In this document: positions 12,230 through 25,500 of the stretch, in pieces
How positions within the stretch are numbered: the first letter of the stretch is position 1
Layout: each line of letters opens with the position of its first letter
NCBI GenBank assembly: GCA_013265495.1
Contig: MU057744.1
Span: 2,927,370-2,991,369, forward strand
DNA from: Vicugna vicugna
Lineage: Eukaryota
Direction: 5' to 3'
Length of the DNA: 64,000 nt
Made by a program: the position numbers and the translations under genes
Notes under the pieces: generated by a model
Told to the model about the DNA's origin: nothing
The model's input: only the letters and a program-made list of their open reading frames with translations
Database searches by the model: none

Positions 12230-12634
12230 CAGCTAGGAAGCCTCACACGGAAGGTGCTGTCTTCACGTCCTGGGGCTTAAAACAGCCGTAGTGTGTCGTC
12301 TCATAATTCCGGATACCGGAAGTCTGAAATGAAGGTGCTGGCAGGCCGAACCCACTCCGGAGAACCTAGGGGAGGACCCCGGCTTGGCCCCAGCTGCCAG
12401 AGGCTGCCTGCACCCCCGACCCGTGACTGCCTCTGGTCTCCGCGCTGTGGTCAGGGTGCCGCCGCCTCTGTGTGTCCATCTTCCACAGGTATGTGGGATT
12501 GCATCCCTGGCTCACCTAGGAAATCTCGGAGCCTTAGCTTTCCCGTCCCTTTTATCAAATCAGGTAATTTGCACAGGTTGGGGGGTGAGGACCTGGACGT
12601 GTGTTTGGGGGATGTGGCGTCTTCAGCCACAGCA
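12230..12634 (-). mobile_element. ERVL-MaLR solo LTR (MLT1-like)
   Basis: GGCTTAAAACAG...CTCATAATTCCGG...GAAGTCTGAAATGAAGGTGCTGGCAGG...CACAGGTTGGGGGGTGAGGACCTGGACGTGTGTTTGGGG matches the antisense MLT1 layout. Confidence 0.7.
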
Positions 12635-12943
12635 GAAGACGTCAGTGAGCAGCCGTCTACTCTGGGACGCCCCGTCGCCGGTCGTCAGGCTGAGGGGTCT
12701 GGATGATTTGAGAAGATGACGCTCGCAGCCCAGCCCGCCCGTCGGAGGGCAGGGCGAGGCCACCCTCCTCACGCGGAGCCGGAAGCCCAGCTCCTCCTCC
12801 CTGTGCGCCTTGGCCTCCCCTCCCCGAGGAGTGTGAGGAGAGTACTTCCCCGCTTTCTTCCGCAAGAGAGGCTGTGAAGCTCCACGGTTTAAAGTTACAT
12901 CCGCCTCGTCTCTCATCCCTTCTCAGGGTTCACGTTCATCGTA

Positions 12944-13313
12944 ATTTTTTTTGCTAAAGTATAGTCAGTTACAATGTGTCAATTTCTGTGTACAGCACAC
13001 TGTCCCCGTCATGCATGTACATACATGTATTCATTTCCATATTCTTTTCCATTGAAGGCTATTACAAGATATTGAATATAGTTCCCTGTGCTGTACAGAA
13101 GAAATTTTTTATCTATTTTTATATATAGTGGTTAACCTTTGCAAATCTCAGACTCCCAAATTTTGCTTTCCCACCCTATTCCCCCCGTAACCGTAAGACT
13201 GTTTACTATGTCTGCGAGTCCGTGTCTGCTTTGTGGATGAGCTCATGAGTGTCCTCTTTTTCCTTTTTCTTTCTTTTTTTTTAGACTCCACATATGAGTG
13301 GTATTATGTGGTA
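12944..13313 (-). mobile_element. 5'-truncated young L1 3' UTR
   Basis: Poly-T then AAGTATAGTCAGTTACAATGTGTCAATTTCTG; homologous to the other L1 3' ends in the window (e.g. 25140, 51042). Confidence 0.9.
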
Positions 13314-13339
13314 CTGTATATTCATTCTTAGCTTTTTCA

Positions 13340-14400
13340 CTAGAGCATCTGTGTGTGTCTAACTGAACTGACATCTGACTCCTGCCCTTTGCAATCTCTG
13401 GCTTCCATGGTCACCAGGGTCACGGAAACCATTCCACCAAAAACCACCCGTCACCTCCCAGTCAAGGAGCGAGTGCCCTGCTGGGCACCCCCGCTAGTCT
13501 CCCAGCAGCACCTTTAACCTCCCTGAGCTTTCGGAGCGTTCTGCCTCCCAGGTTCTCCTGTGCCCACTTCCTCCACCTCCTGCCTCATCTCCTGAGCAGC
13601 CGGAGGCTCTCGGAGCCTTTCTTCTCTGTTGGCTCCCATGCCTCATCCTGCTCCCCCAGGAGTCCTATTTCTGTGCAGAAAAGACCATCCCATGGCTCAA
13701 AATTTCTGAGTAATCTTGATGGAATCTCTCCCATGGCTTCCCGCATTTAGGAAGAGGCCAAATCGCAGTAATCCAGCCGAGCGGTAGCTCAGCCTCTTGA
13801 CTTTCTTCCCTTTCCCACTACCAGCACCTGAATCCGTGGCTTTTCCAGCTGGCGTGTGTGTTCAGACCATGTGGGGAGCTTGTTAAAAGGCGGCCCCTGG
13901 TTGAGGAGGGCTGGAGCGGGGGCCTGAGGTCCTGCGTTTCTGACAGCCCCCGTGATGCTGGTGCAGCCGTACCTTCGTGCGTCTCTCGGCGTCCCCGGGC
14001 GGCCTCCCCGATGGCTTCCCTGACTGCACTCTCCTCTGCTGATCTGCTTTGTAGATTACTTTTATTGAAGACCAGGTCTGATCGCTTTTTCTGCTCTCCT
14101 CCAAAAAGCGTCCTTGAGACCCCCCTGCCTGTTACCTAATGAAGGACAGAATCTCTCGCGTCAGCAAGGAGCTGGCATTCCGCGTGTCCCACGGCTCGGA
14201 TTTACATTCAATCCAGTCTCAAGTCTCAGGGTCACCTTTAACTTTGCCCCCAGTACTGGCTGTTCCCTACACCCCTGCCCATTTTCCTGACCTCCTCTGG
14301 CCTTGTGCTCTTGGCATTCCCTTTCCACCTCCTCCTCCTGGGTCCAGAGTTTCGCAGTCTGTCAAGGACTGCTTGGCACGACTCTTCTCACTGTGACTTT
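13340..14400 (+). mobile_element. LINE-2 remnant
   Basis: Long C/T-rich degenerate tract with L2-like motifs. Boundaries approximate. Confidence 0.45.
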
Positions 14401-14449
14401 GCCCTTTAGTACTTTCCAGATTCACAGCTTTATCCCTGAGCACACCCAC

Positions 14450-14450
<1 letters not shown>

Positions 14451-14484
<34 letters not shown>
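14451..14484. repeat. (TG)17 microsatellite
   Basis: Read directly. Confidence 0.95.
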
Positions 14485-14485
<1 letters not shown>

Positions 14486-16740
14486 ACAAGTTATTTCAGA
14501 AGTCACTGGAGTGTGAAATTCTTGAATTATGAGGCCATGGTTCATCTGTCTTTGGCCTAAAAGACCAACTATGGTGTCATCCCCACAATCGCTTGATATA
14601 CACATCGACATGTAAAACATGTGAATATGGGTGCTTTGCTGTTTTTCTCATCATAAAAGCAATATGGATTACACAAAATTCAAGTATTAAAGAAGCATAT
14701 TATGTCAAAACGTGAAGTCCTTCATGACCCCGGGCCCCCAAAGGTAACCATGCTCAACAATTGGGTGCGTGATCCTCTAATACTTTCTGTGCACATATTA
14801 ACATTCACTTTCTACAGAACTGGGATAATAATAGAGTTGTGTGACCCAACTTTAAATGTAAATCCATTTTTCTGTTTTTTAAATCTGCAGCGTGTTCTAA
14901 AAGATTGATTTCACTGCATAGCAATCAATCCACTCAAAGGGGCCCAGCAATACAGAAATTTGTTTGCTTTGAGTTCCTGGTCAGTTAAGCCTGTCTGTGT
15001 TCAGCACTTTCCCTGCCCCTAGGGCTGCCCTGGACACTTCGGATCCATAGGGACAGCACACGGATCCTGCCACAGAAGACACCGCTGTGCTCGTGCCTGC
15101 GCACCGGTGCTGGCCGAGGGGCTTGTGGAGGCTAGTGGTCACTCATTTTTGACACCATATTAAAATCATCGTGTCTTACGACATACACTCTCAAGTAGTG
15201 AAATTTTATATTAAAATGTAAGCTTTTGCGTTATTTGGACATATAAAGGGCAGTTCACTCATTGTGAATTCTGAGTGTAGACATTTTTATCTAAGAAACA
15301 CATGCACATATATACGTATATTCATTTTTGTTTCATGAATGAATATGAGCTTGTAATAAAAAACAAAATCTTTAACAAAGACTTAACAGAATCTTTTTGT
15401 TTATTTCATAAAACTACAATTTAGGAAGAAGTGCAAAGAAAAAAAATCATATGATCTCTGTTTTAGAATCTCAATAAGTGGAGATACAGTATAACTCATT
15501 TATTGAAAAGAAAATTCCTTTAGAAGTTGAAATCACTTTTCTCCAAAGAATTTTGGAGAGATAAATCTTAACAGTGACCAGTGTTTGTTATTACTACCAT
15601 ATTTGTTATTAAAAAAAAATCAGCCTGTGGTAGAATCTGGAAGCTCATTTCCCTGGGTGGTGGGAGGGCAGGTGTGTGTTCAGGGACCTAGAATTGCCAG
15701 CAAGCCTGGTTACGTCTTATGAAGAAACACCTGAAGCTAGAACACTGGACGACAAGGGCAAATGCTCTGGAGCTCTGTGAGGTTTCTGCAGGCGCAGTTA
15801 GTGAAACTACACACAGAACATTTCTGCGTCTTACTGAGTGGCTCACCTGAGGCCACAAAGTTAACAGGCCGAGTCTTTCGACTCTGCGCCTACCTGTCCC
15901 TGCCCTTTCGTGTGAGAGGCCTTCCCACCCCCTCCTCCCTGGCCTCCTCTCTCGGTGACGTCAGTGCACCTGGGGCTTCGAGGGTCGGCAGGCAAGCTCC
16001 CCTGGTCTGCAGCTCTGCCCTGGCGTGTGAGTCGCCATGCTGGCCCTGTCAGATGATCCCACGGGGGTGTCAGCCAGCCACCGCACGTGCACTGTCTGGG
16101 CTCCGGACCCCGTCGCCTTCCTGCAGAACATGGCGTTCCTCCTGCCTTTCCTGTGGGGGCTGATTGCATCACAGCCATCCTCGGAGCTCTGACCTGAGCC
16201 TCGCTGAGTCTGAATTTCCGAACCCGCTGGCTCCTCATGTGCAGCCTCTAAGCCTTAGTGGCTTTCTCATCGGTCACGTCAGTTCCTTTCCGTCTGTCCC
16301 CGCTGCCACTTCCGCGCTCCCCTGCACAGTTCCCACGGCCTCTGGCCTGTCTCCCGGCTTTCAGTATGTTCTGACCTCTCCTCCCGTGAGCTCAAGGTCG
16401 TTTGCCGTCTCACTCCCTCCAACTCCCTTCCACCTTCCTTTCCCCGCTGCCTTGGCACTTCAGTGGCCTCAGCCTGGGGCGGGGGGTCCTTGCGTGTGCC
16501 CCGTGCTCCTGCCTCTAGGTCTCTGTGGAGACCCTCCATGCTCCCTGAGATGTGCCAGCCTCTATTCCGCGGTAGTGGTCCTACAAACATGAGGCCCCTA
16601 CAAACACTGCCCGCTCCTCCCCCAGGACACTCATCTTTTCACGCGCCCCCTGCCCCTTAGTGCATTATTCTCAAGGATGTGATAACATTTGCCATACTCA
16701 TTGTACCAGAATGAATTATGCAAATATCAAAGTTTTCCTT

Positions 16741-18003
16741 TACACCATACACAAAAGTAAACTCAAAATGGCTTAAAGACTTAAACGTAAGACACTATTA
16801 ACTGCCTAGAAAAAAACATAAATCAAACATACTCTGACATACATCTCAGCAGTGTTCTTGCGGGGCGTCTACCCAGGCAGGAGAAATAAAAGCAAGAATA
16901 AACAAGTGAGGCCTAATTACCCTTACAAGCTTTTTCACAGCAAAGGAAACCATAAGCAGAACAAAAGACAGCCTCCGAATGGGGGGAAATATTTGCCATA
17001 GATGACACTGACAAGGGCTTAATTTCCAGAATATATAAACAGGTCATACAACTTAATAATAAAAAAAACAAACAACCCAATCCCAAAATGGGCAGAAGAC
17101 CTAAACAAGCAATTCTCCAAGGAAGACATACGAATGGCCAATAGACACATTAAAAATGCTCAGTATCGTGAATTACCAGAGAAATGCAAATCAAGACTAC
17201 AATGAGGTATCACCTCACACCAGTCAGAATGGCCATCACTCTAAAGTCCACAAATGACAAACGCTGGAGAGGCTGTGGAGAAAAGGGAACCCTCCTCCAC
17301 CGCTGGTGGGAATGCGGTTTGGTGCGGCCGCTGTGGAAAACAGGATGGAGATTCCTCAAAAGACTAGGAATAGATTTACCGTGTGACCCAGGAATCCTGC
17401 TCCTGGGCTTATATCCAGAAGGAACCCTACTTCAAAAGGCACATGCACCCCAATGTTCATAGCAGCAATATATACAACAGCCAAGACGTGGAAGCAACCT
17501 ACTGTCCATCGACAGATGACTGGATAAAGAAGCTGTGGTGTATTTATACAATGGAATACTATTCAGCCATAAAAAGAATGAAATAATGCCATTTGCAGCA
17601 ACATGGATGGACCTGGAGAATGTCATTCTAAGTGAAGTAAGCCAGAAAGAGAAAGAAAAATACCATATGATATGACTCATATGCGGAATCTGAAAAAAAA
17701 AAGACACAAAGGAACTTATTTACAAAATAGAAATAGACTCACAGACATAAAAAGCAAACTTATGGTTACCGGGGGGAAGACTGGGTGGGAAGGGGTAAAT
17801 TGGGAGTTCGAGATTTGCAGACACTGACTACTGTATATAAAATAGACAAACAGCACAGGGAATAGTATTTAATATCTTGCAGTAACTTATAATGGAAAAG
17901 AATATGAAAAGGCATGTATGTGTGCATGTGTGTGACTGAAACACTGTCGTACACCAGAAATCAGCACAGCTCTGTAAACTGACTAGACTTCAATTAAAAA
18001 AAG
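16741..18003 (+). mobile_element. 5'-truncated young L1 (ORF2 C-terminus, 3' UTR, A tail)
   Basis: ORF 17184-17462 [18 protein letters not shown]...[23 protein letters not shown] is the L1 ORF2 cysteine-rich domain. Imperfect TSD AAAGTTTTCCTT (16729) / AAGGTTTCCCTT (18004). Confidence 0.95.
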
Positions 18004-18619
18004 AAGGTTTCCCTTAGATTCTGAGCTGCTCATCAGGAAAGACCTACTATTTATTTCCCTATACCTGAGACTTAGCACAGTGTAAGCGTGGAGGAGCAGC
18101 TCGCTAAATTGAATCCTGCTTCAATCTTAAGGGCAGAGATGTTTGTGCTGTGTTTAGCTCTCTGACGTGCTCCAAGGGCCTCAAACCGCGCTTGGCAGCA
18201 GTGCTCTCACTGCGTTTTGTTGTTGAGTCGGTGCCTCCTTACCGATACTTTTTGGGGGAACAGAAATCAGGTTTAGCAGTTTTCAGTGTGTTTGGATAAT
18301 GACAAAGCAGTTTGTACATTCATAAAGAGTAGGAAGCTCTTCGTGGATATTACACACGACATAATAGAATTAATCCCAGGTCAGACTCAGACTTGCACTT
18401 GTAGAAGCTCTGTGTAGACACAGTGGTCACCCTGGTCACCCTGCCGTTTGGAGAGGCATGATTCTTTCGGACAACATCCAGCACAACAGGGCTCCTCTCA
18501 CAAGGAATTCCCGTGGCCAGGGCTTTGCAGGAGCACCTGTGGCTGACCACCAGCTGCCGCCAGCAGCCAGCTCTCCTGAGGGCTTTCGTAATCGCTGGTA
18601 AGGTTTCCGTCATGTCACA

Positions 18620-18775
18620 GGGAGTCGGGATCACATGACCAGAATCACCTGGGGGAGCTAAAAACGCAGTCCTGGGGAGGGAAGCCAGCTCAGCGGGACC
18701 AGAATGGGGGCAGGGGCTGTCAATCTGCATTGTAAATAGATACCTTGAATGATACTTCTGCCAGCTAAATTTTTT
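18620..18775. mobile_element. MER5-like hAT-Charlie DNA transposon fossil
   Basis: CAGAATCACCTGGGGGAGCTAAAAACGCAG...GGGGC...AATCTGCATTGTAAA...GATAC. Confidence 0.55.
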
Positions 18776-19956
18776 TGCCTGCTAAATTTTAAAATCCACT
18801 AATTGGAGAGACGTGGGAGAAATATTTTGATTGAGAGAAAGATTGAATGAGCTAGAGAAACACTTTCTGGGTTTTTTTAAAAGGAGATTAATAGCCTGGA
18901 TTGGCAGGAGGTGCATTTTCTTAGGCTGTTCTCTCTGGTGAGATAAGCCGTTCAGTTCAGGGTGTTTCTCAGGCTTTGAGGAACGGTGGAGTGCTCCTTT
19001 CCACTTGAATTTAAACACCACTGAGGAAGGACTGTGATCTCAGATGTAGAATTAAGATGAAACTGTTTCCGTCAAATGTACCTGTGTGTATCTAAATGTA
19101 TAGTTTAAAAAAATACAGACAGCAGCATTCGCAAGGTGGCATACAGACAGTGCTTCAAACGCTGGCCGTCCTCAGCAGTTTCCTTTGCTCCTGTGTGACG
19201 TTGTGAAGCTGCACTGCTATAAGCAGACCAGGCTTTTGCCTGTGTGATGCTGTATCCAGGGGTCAGCCTCCTGAGCGAGGACCTCACCTGTGTTACTGAG
19301 ACGAACAGGATGTCAAGACAGGACAGACAGAGGAGTGTCCACTGCTGCGTATGTGCACGGTCCTTTGGTTATTTTGAGTGTTCCTGGAAATGGACATAGA
19401 GTATTTTTTGTTTCTCAACTAAAGGGCATTTTACAGTAGATCTTCTAGCCGTGAGTACATTTTAAAAGCATATACAGTATAATTGGTATTTTTACACAGA
19501 TTTAATGTAATGCACTATATTAATTTTTAAGAGCATTAAAAAAATTATCAATCCTTCTGTTCCGTAGAACTTTAGAGGTTCCTCTGGGAGGTGCCCCACA
19601 GTCTGGTCGGTTTTCAGCGTCTCTCCCAGCCGGTCCCTTGAGCATTACATTAAGTCCCCGCGTTGTTTCAGGCACTGTTCCAGACGCTGCAGGTAAGGAG
19701 AAGCAGCATGCTGCCTCCTGGGTGAATTCAGATCCCTGGGACCTGGAATTGCATCCCCAAGTTTTCCTAGGCGGGCCTGTCCCTGCTTAGTGTCAAGAGC
19801 AGAGGGGTGGGGGCGTCAGGATGTGTGACCCATCAGACTGTGATCGGCCTTAGTCTTTACTCCCCCCACCCCCTTCTTAAACGTGGGCTTGGACTGAAGT
19901 GTTCTCAGAAAATACTGACTCTTCTGGAAAAATTAGACTGCCAATACTGATGTTCA

Positions 19957-19970
19957 CCACTAGATGGCAG
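19957..19970 (+). promoter_or_regulatory. CTCF core motif
   Basis: CCACTAGATGGCAG fits CCASYAGRKGGCRS at every position, in a non-GC-rich context. Confidence 0.6.
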
Positions 19971-20287
19971 AGCTCTGCACTCGTGTGTCCAGTGGGTAAA
20001 CCAAGTTTAAAAAAATTAAAATGAGGTTCAAAATGATTCATTTGGTATGAAAAAAAAATGCTCGTCTCACATGAGTGAGAGGTCCCAGTTGCTGTTAAGT
20101 TCTGTGGATTCCATCCTTTAAATACGACCATTTAAAAAAATTTCTTGGTGTCTAGTTTTCAGCGTGGCTACCTGCTCTGTGTGTTTTCAGACATAGGGCA
20201 GCCCATTTTCAAAGCCCTTTTAACGCCTTCTAAAAGTCACACAAATTGCTGAAGTTATAATATAGCAGGGATTCTTTCTAGAAAAAG

Positions 20288-20650
20288 TTTTGATTGAAGT
20301 GAAGTTGATTTACAGTGTATTAGCCTCTGGTGTACAGCAAAGTGAGATATAGGTACTGAATATAGGTCCATGCGCTGTACAGTAGGACCTTGTTCATCTA
20401 TTTTGTATGTAGCAATTGGTAGCTCCTAATCCCAGACCCCTAATTGATCCCTCCCCCTGCCCTTTCCCCTTTGGTAACCGTACGCTTGTTCTCTGTGCCT
20501 GTGAGTCTGCTTCTGTCTAGTAAATAAGTTCCTTTATATAACGGTTTAGATTTCACATATAAGTGATGTGTGACACGTGTCTTTCTCCGCCTGACTTCAC
20601 TTCGTATTGTCACCTCTAGGTCCACCCACGTGGCCGCGTGTAACGGAGAT
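20288..20650 (-). mobile_element. 5'-truncated L1 3' UTR
   Basis: ATTGAAGTGAAGTTGATTTACAGTG...TTAGATTTCACATATAAGTGA; ORF 20440-20625 MDLEVTIRSEV is the L1 ORF2 end. Confidence 0.85.
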
Positions 20651-21699
20651 TCTTTAACGTACTTTTACCGATGCTCTTTTGTAAGGAAGGGTTAAAGCAG
20701 CCTCTGAAAGTTGAGTTGTAGATGGACACACTTGGCGGACCTAGAGGGCGAGTTAGCATTTCAGATGTAACATGAGAAACAAATGTCTGCTTTTCCTGAG
20801 ACAGAAGAAGCAGAGACACGGTGCTCACCGTCGGAGCACTCCACCGGAGCTACCATGGCTTACAACCTTCCAAAGAAATGAACTGTGAACAGACGTCGTC
20901 CCAGTCAAGTCACATGTTTAACCAAGACAACACCATGGTTACGGAGCCGAAGGCCGGCCCGGTTCTGCTGAGGCAGAGCCCACCTGATCGCCTTTTCAAC
21001 AAGGAAATAACGAACCAAAGCAAGAAGCCTGGCGTGTCTCCTGAAGGCGAGAGTCCGTCTTACGTGCTTCGGAGTCCAACCAGACGGAGCTGTAAAAAGC
21101 CATGCCACTGACCCTTGACGTTTCTGGAAAACCCATGCCAACTACAGGTCCTACCTTTGACTTTCTGAGCAGCTTGGACAAGGCTGCTTTACGGCAGCTG
21201 GGTTCGGAAGGGGTTACAGGATCTGTGGCCAAGTCTTGACCCTTGACACGTGTTTATAGTCTGCAGAGAGGTGCACGTGTGACGTAGGGTTATCTGAGCC
21301 AAGTTGCTCTCGGGCCTCAAAGGGTGCAGAGCCCAATCTTTCTGGAGGGATACCAGGAACATCTTGGTTTAAAGGGTTTTGCTTGAGAGCTACTTCAAAG
21401 GATCAGTAAGGCTGGAACAGACGCAGACGCAGGGTAGACTGTTCATGCAGAGTTTGCATTGCCTGTGTAAACCCCTTGGTGTTTTTGTCTGTTCCCTGAG
21501 CACGCCATCTCACAGCCTTGGTACCCACGCTGCCACCTGTGGGGAACACCCTTTGTCCGGAAGTCTGTACAGCTTGCTTCTGCACTTGCTTAAGCGCTCT
21601 CCTCAGATGTCATCTGTCAGGGCAGCATCCTGTGATCACCTCGCTGGAAAGAGCCTCCCCCCTTCCATCAAGCACTGTCTCCTTAATCTGTGGTCTTGC

Positions 21700-21895
21700 T
21701 TTTCCAAGGATTTATCACCATCTGGAATAATGGGTATTTATTTTTTCTTCATTTATAGTCTATTTACACCCACTACAGTAGGAGCTCTCTGTGACCATGG
21801 AATTAATCTTTTGTTTTAATCTCTCAGTGTCCCGCTCCTAGAACACTGCCTGGCCCAGAGCAGGCTCCCACAAACACTAACTAAATGAGTGAATA
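21700..21895 (+). mobile_element. LINE-2 3' end
   Basis: CCTAGAACACTGCCTGGCCCAGAGCAGGCTCCCACAAACACT...AATGAGTGAAT. Confidence 0.7.
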
Positions 21896-22129
21896 CTCAG
21901 TGCCGCTTTGATTTTCTCATTGCGGAACCTGACAAACTGGCCCGCGTGGTCCTTTCAGCCAGGGCCTTTTCCTTTGAACGTCCATGTTGAAATCGTCACT
22001 AACAGCATCATTTATGATGAATTTCAGGTTGCAGAGTAATGACTGTCACCTCGAAGGACAGCAGAATAAACTAGCACATTCAATCAAATTTGGCTGAGTA
22101 CGCCCAGCTTTCTTTTCAATAATGCTCTT

Positions 22130-23233
22130 CATGTGTTTATTTTTATAGACTTTCTGACTTTATTTTTTTACTGAAGTATATTCAGTTTACAGTGTTGTCA
22201 ATTTCTGGTGTACAGCACAATGTTTCAATCATACGTATACATACATATATTCCTTTTCATACTCTTTTTCATCATGGGTTACTACAGGATAATGAATATG
22301 GTTCCCTGTGCTGTACAGTATAAGTTTGTTGTTTATCTGTTTTATATATAGTAGTTAGTATCTGCAAATCTCAAACTCCCAATTTATCCCTTCCCACCCA
22401 CTTCCCATCCCCCACCCATAAGCATAAGTTTGTTTTCCATGTCTGTGAGTCTGTTCTGTTTTGTAAATAAGTTTGTCTTTATTTTTTAGATTCCACATAT
22501 GAGTGATATCATGTGGTATTTTTCTTTCTCTTTCTGGCTTATTTCACTTAGAATGACGATCTGCATGTCCATCCATGTTGCTGCAAATGGCATTATTTTA
22601 GTCCTTTTTATGGCTGAGTAGTATTCCATTGTGTAAATATACCACATCTTCTCTATCCAGTCATCTGTTGGTGGACATTTAGGTTGCTTCCATGTCTTGG
22701 CTGTTGTAAATAGTGCTGCTGTGAACACTGGGGTGCATGTGTCTTTTTGAATTCAAGTTCCCTCCAGATATACACCCAGGAGTGGGATTGCTGGCTCATA
22801 GGGTCAGTCTATTTTTAGTCTTTTGGGGGAATCTCCATACTCTTTTCCACAGTGGCTGCACCAAACTACATTCCCACCAGCAGTGTACAAGGGTTCCCTT
22901 TTCTCCACAGCCTCTCCAGTACTTATTGTTCATGGTCTTTTGAACGATGGCCATTCTGACTGGTGTGAGGTGGTGCCTCATTGTAGTTTCGATTTGCATT
23001 TCTATGATAATTAGTGATATTGAGCATTTTTTCATGTACCTACTGGCCATTTGTGTGCCTTCACTGGAGAATCGCTTGTTTAGATCTTTTGCCCATTTTT
23101 GGACTGGGTTGTTTGTCTTTTTGTTATTGAGTTGTATGAGATTTTTAAATATTCTGGAAATTAAGCCCTTGTCAGCTGTATCACGTGCATTCTCCCATTC
23201 TGTAGGCTGTTGTTTTGTTTTGTTTACAGTTTC
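22130..23233 (-). mobile_element. 5'-truncated young L1 with 18-bp TSD
   Basis: ORF2 C-terminal translations ([19 protein letters not shown]..., [17 protein letters not shown]). TSD CTTTTCAATAATGCTCTT at 22112-22129 and 23234-23251. Confidence 0.95.
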
Positions 23234-25139
23234 CTTTTCAATAATGCTCTTTTGCTCTATTTTTCTAGTAGAATTAGATAAGGGAGAAGCAGCTTGTTAC
23301 GTTCTCATTTTTGAAATTCTGTCTTTGTAAACGCCCACCAACTTACTTATGAACATACGCATTAAAAACGAAGTAAAGAAGTTCTTCTGGTGGTAAGATG
23401 GAAGAGGAAGATGGCTTTTTCACAACCCAGTCTAGGTCTTGAACTTTTGCTCAACATGCTGGAAGATAATGCATTCTGTGTATCCATCCATCAGAGATTC
23501 ATGGAGCGGCCGGTGCTGCTCGCGCTGGAGACAGAGGAGTGCGGAAAGCAGACAGGGTCTTGCCCTCATGGAGTCTGCGGTTTGAGTGGATCAGCTGATT
23601 TTTCTTCGTGTTGAGAAGTAGCTGTAGAAAGAGAGGTAGCGTCTTGAAGAATCTGGTGTGAAGGATGCTGTGGTTGGTGTAACAGGAGAAGACTGGCGTC
23701 CCTCGTCAGCATCCCTCGTCCTGTACGTTTTCGCCTGACGACGTTTGGGTAAAGGCAGTCCCTGGAGCTGCTGTTCCCTTGGAACCTGGGCACCACCAGG
23801 CCACACACACACTTGAGCTCCTGAGCTCTTCTGACCAGGCACTGGGCCTTGGTTGGGCCTGAGTTTTTCCTGTCTTGGATCTTGCAACCCTATGTGTCTG
23901 TGGAGACCTTTGATGGTCTGGGCTCTTAGTAAAAGCCGAAAACAATTTTGTGCAGGCGTGGCTTCAAAACAGATACTTAGAAAGTTAGGGCGGTGTCTCA
24001 CGGGCTCACATGGAAGTCAGCGGTGGTGTCAGTGGTGGTCAGATGGGACCCGGGGTCGCCACGAGCTTGCTTGCGGATCTCCAACAGGTCACGGGACAGG
24101 TGGTGCTGGTGCCAAGGGACCCACTGGAAAGAGCCTGTCTTTTGTTAAAACGAAACCAGCGATGGAGGTAACAGGGCAGTTTTGATTTGAGGGTGTCTAC
24201 TGCTCTTCTCTGATATTGTAAAGAGCCTTTTGGGGCACAGGTGTCTGATACGAACCTGAAAAATGGTTTTCTGCCACACAATACCCTGATGCTCTCAGAA
24301 TTTGTATAAGGTTCTTCTTGATGTTTACCAATTTACGTTGCAAAGTTCTCCAACCAGTATTTCTCCTTTTACATTTTCCTTCAATTCAGTGTTTCTCAGT
24401 CGGATTTTCCCCTTTATGTGCCCCCTAGGGAGCCTTTTAGACTTTTTTCCCTGATTGTGTCTCTACCCCATGAATTTTTACTGCCACACATTGACTGTCT
24501 GTTTATGAAACGTGGCCGTTTAGATTCAGACACTGCTGAACTGAGACTTTCTTTGCCTTCTGGGAACTCATTTTCGCCCCTTTGGGGTGACGTCCCCCGG
24601 AAAGGCACACTTTAAGCAGGCACCAGGGCGACAGGGAGGCAGCAGTGATTCCAGGCCCCTCGCCCCTCCCGCCCCCTCCCCCAGTCCTCTCCCTGGAGGG
24701 GCAGGGTAGACGGGAGACCCTCCTGGAAGCCTGCAGTGGCCTCTCCCCTCCTCCATCGCCGGCTCTGACCCTTCAGGACTGATTCCTGAGGACTTACCTG
24801 CTGGCCCTAGAGAAGGACTTCCCTTGGAACGTCTCCAGGGTCGTCCCTCGATGCCTGGATTCTGAGCCGTGGAAAAAATGGGTGTGTTTTGTCCTGAGGC
24901 AGAACGAGAAAATCCAAGCAGGAGTTCGTCTCCCTTCCTGCTCCTCACTGCTTCTCTTCCGCCCCGTTTGTGGAGGGAGGCCCACGCTGCCTGGCTGTGA
25001 TGCCCAGCTGCCCGTTCCCAGCACCGGGGTGTGGCCGGGGCGCGGCCGGTGCGGAGGACGCAGAGGCCCGTCCCCCCTCCACTCTGTGTGACATGGCGCA
25101 CACAGGGCCTGTGCTCCTGGGTCAGCAAAGAGGGCTTTC

Positions 25140-25500
25140 TGTTTGTTTGCTTTTGTTTTTTAATTGAAGTATAGTCAGTCACAATGTGTTGATTTCTGGT
25201 GCGCAGCACAGTGTCCCAGGCATGCATGTACATGCATACATTCATTTTCGTATTATTTTCATTAAAGGTTATGACAGGATATTGAATGTGTTCCCTGTGC
25301 TCTACAGAAGAAATTTGTTTTTATCTATTTATAGATATACACATAGTGGCTAACATTTGCAAATCTCAAGCTCCCAAATTTATCCTTTCCCACCCCCTTT
25401 CCCTGGTAACCATGAGATTGTTTATTACGTCTTCGAGTCTGTTTCTGTTTCATAGATGAATTCACAGTGTCTTCTTTTTTTGTTTTTTAGATTCCACATG
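25140..25500 (-). mobile_element. 5'-truncated young L1 3' UTR
   Basis: TTTTAATTGAAGTATAGTCAGTCACAATG...TTTTAGATTCCACATG. Confidence 0.9.

Noticed and set aside
20680..21200. Possible old LTR or coding-like purine-rich stretch
   Set aside because: Could not identify termini, family or a credible reading frame.
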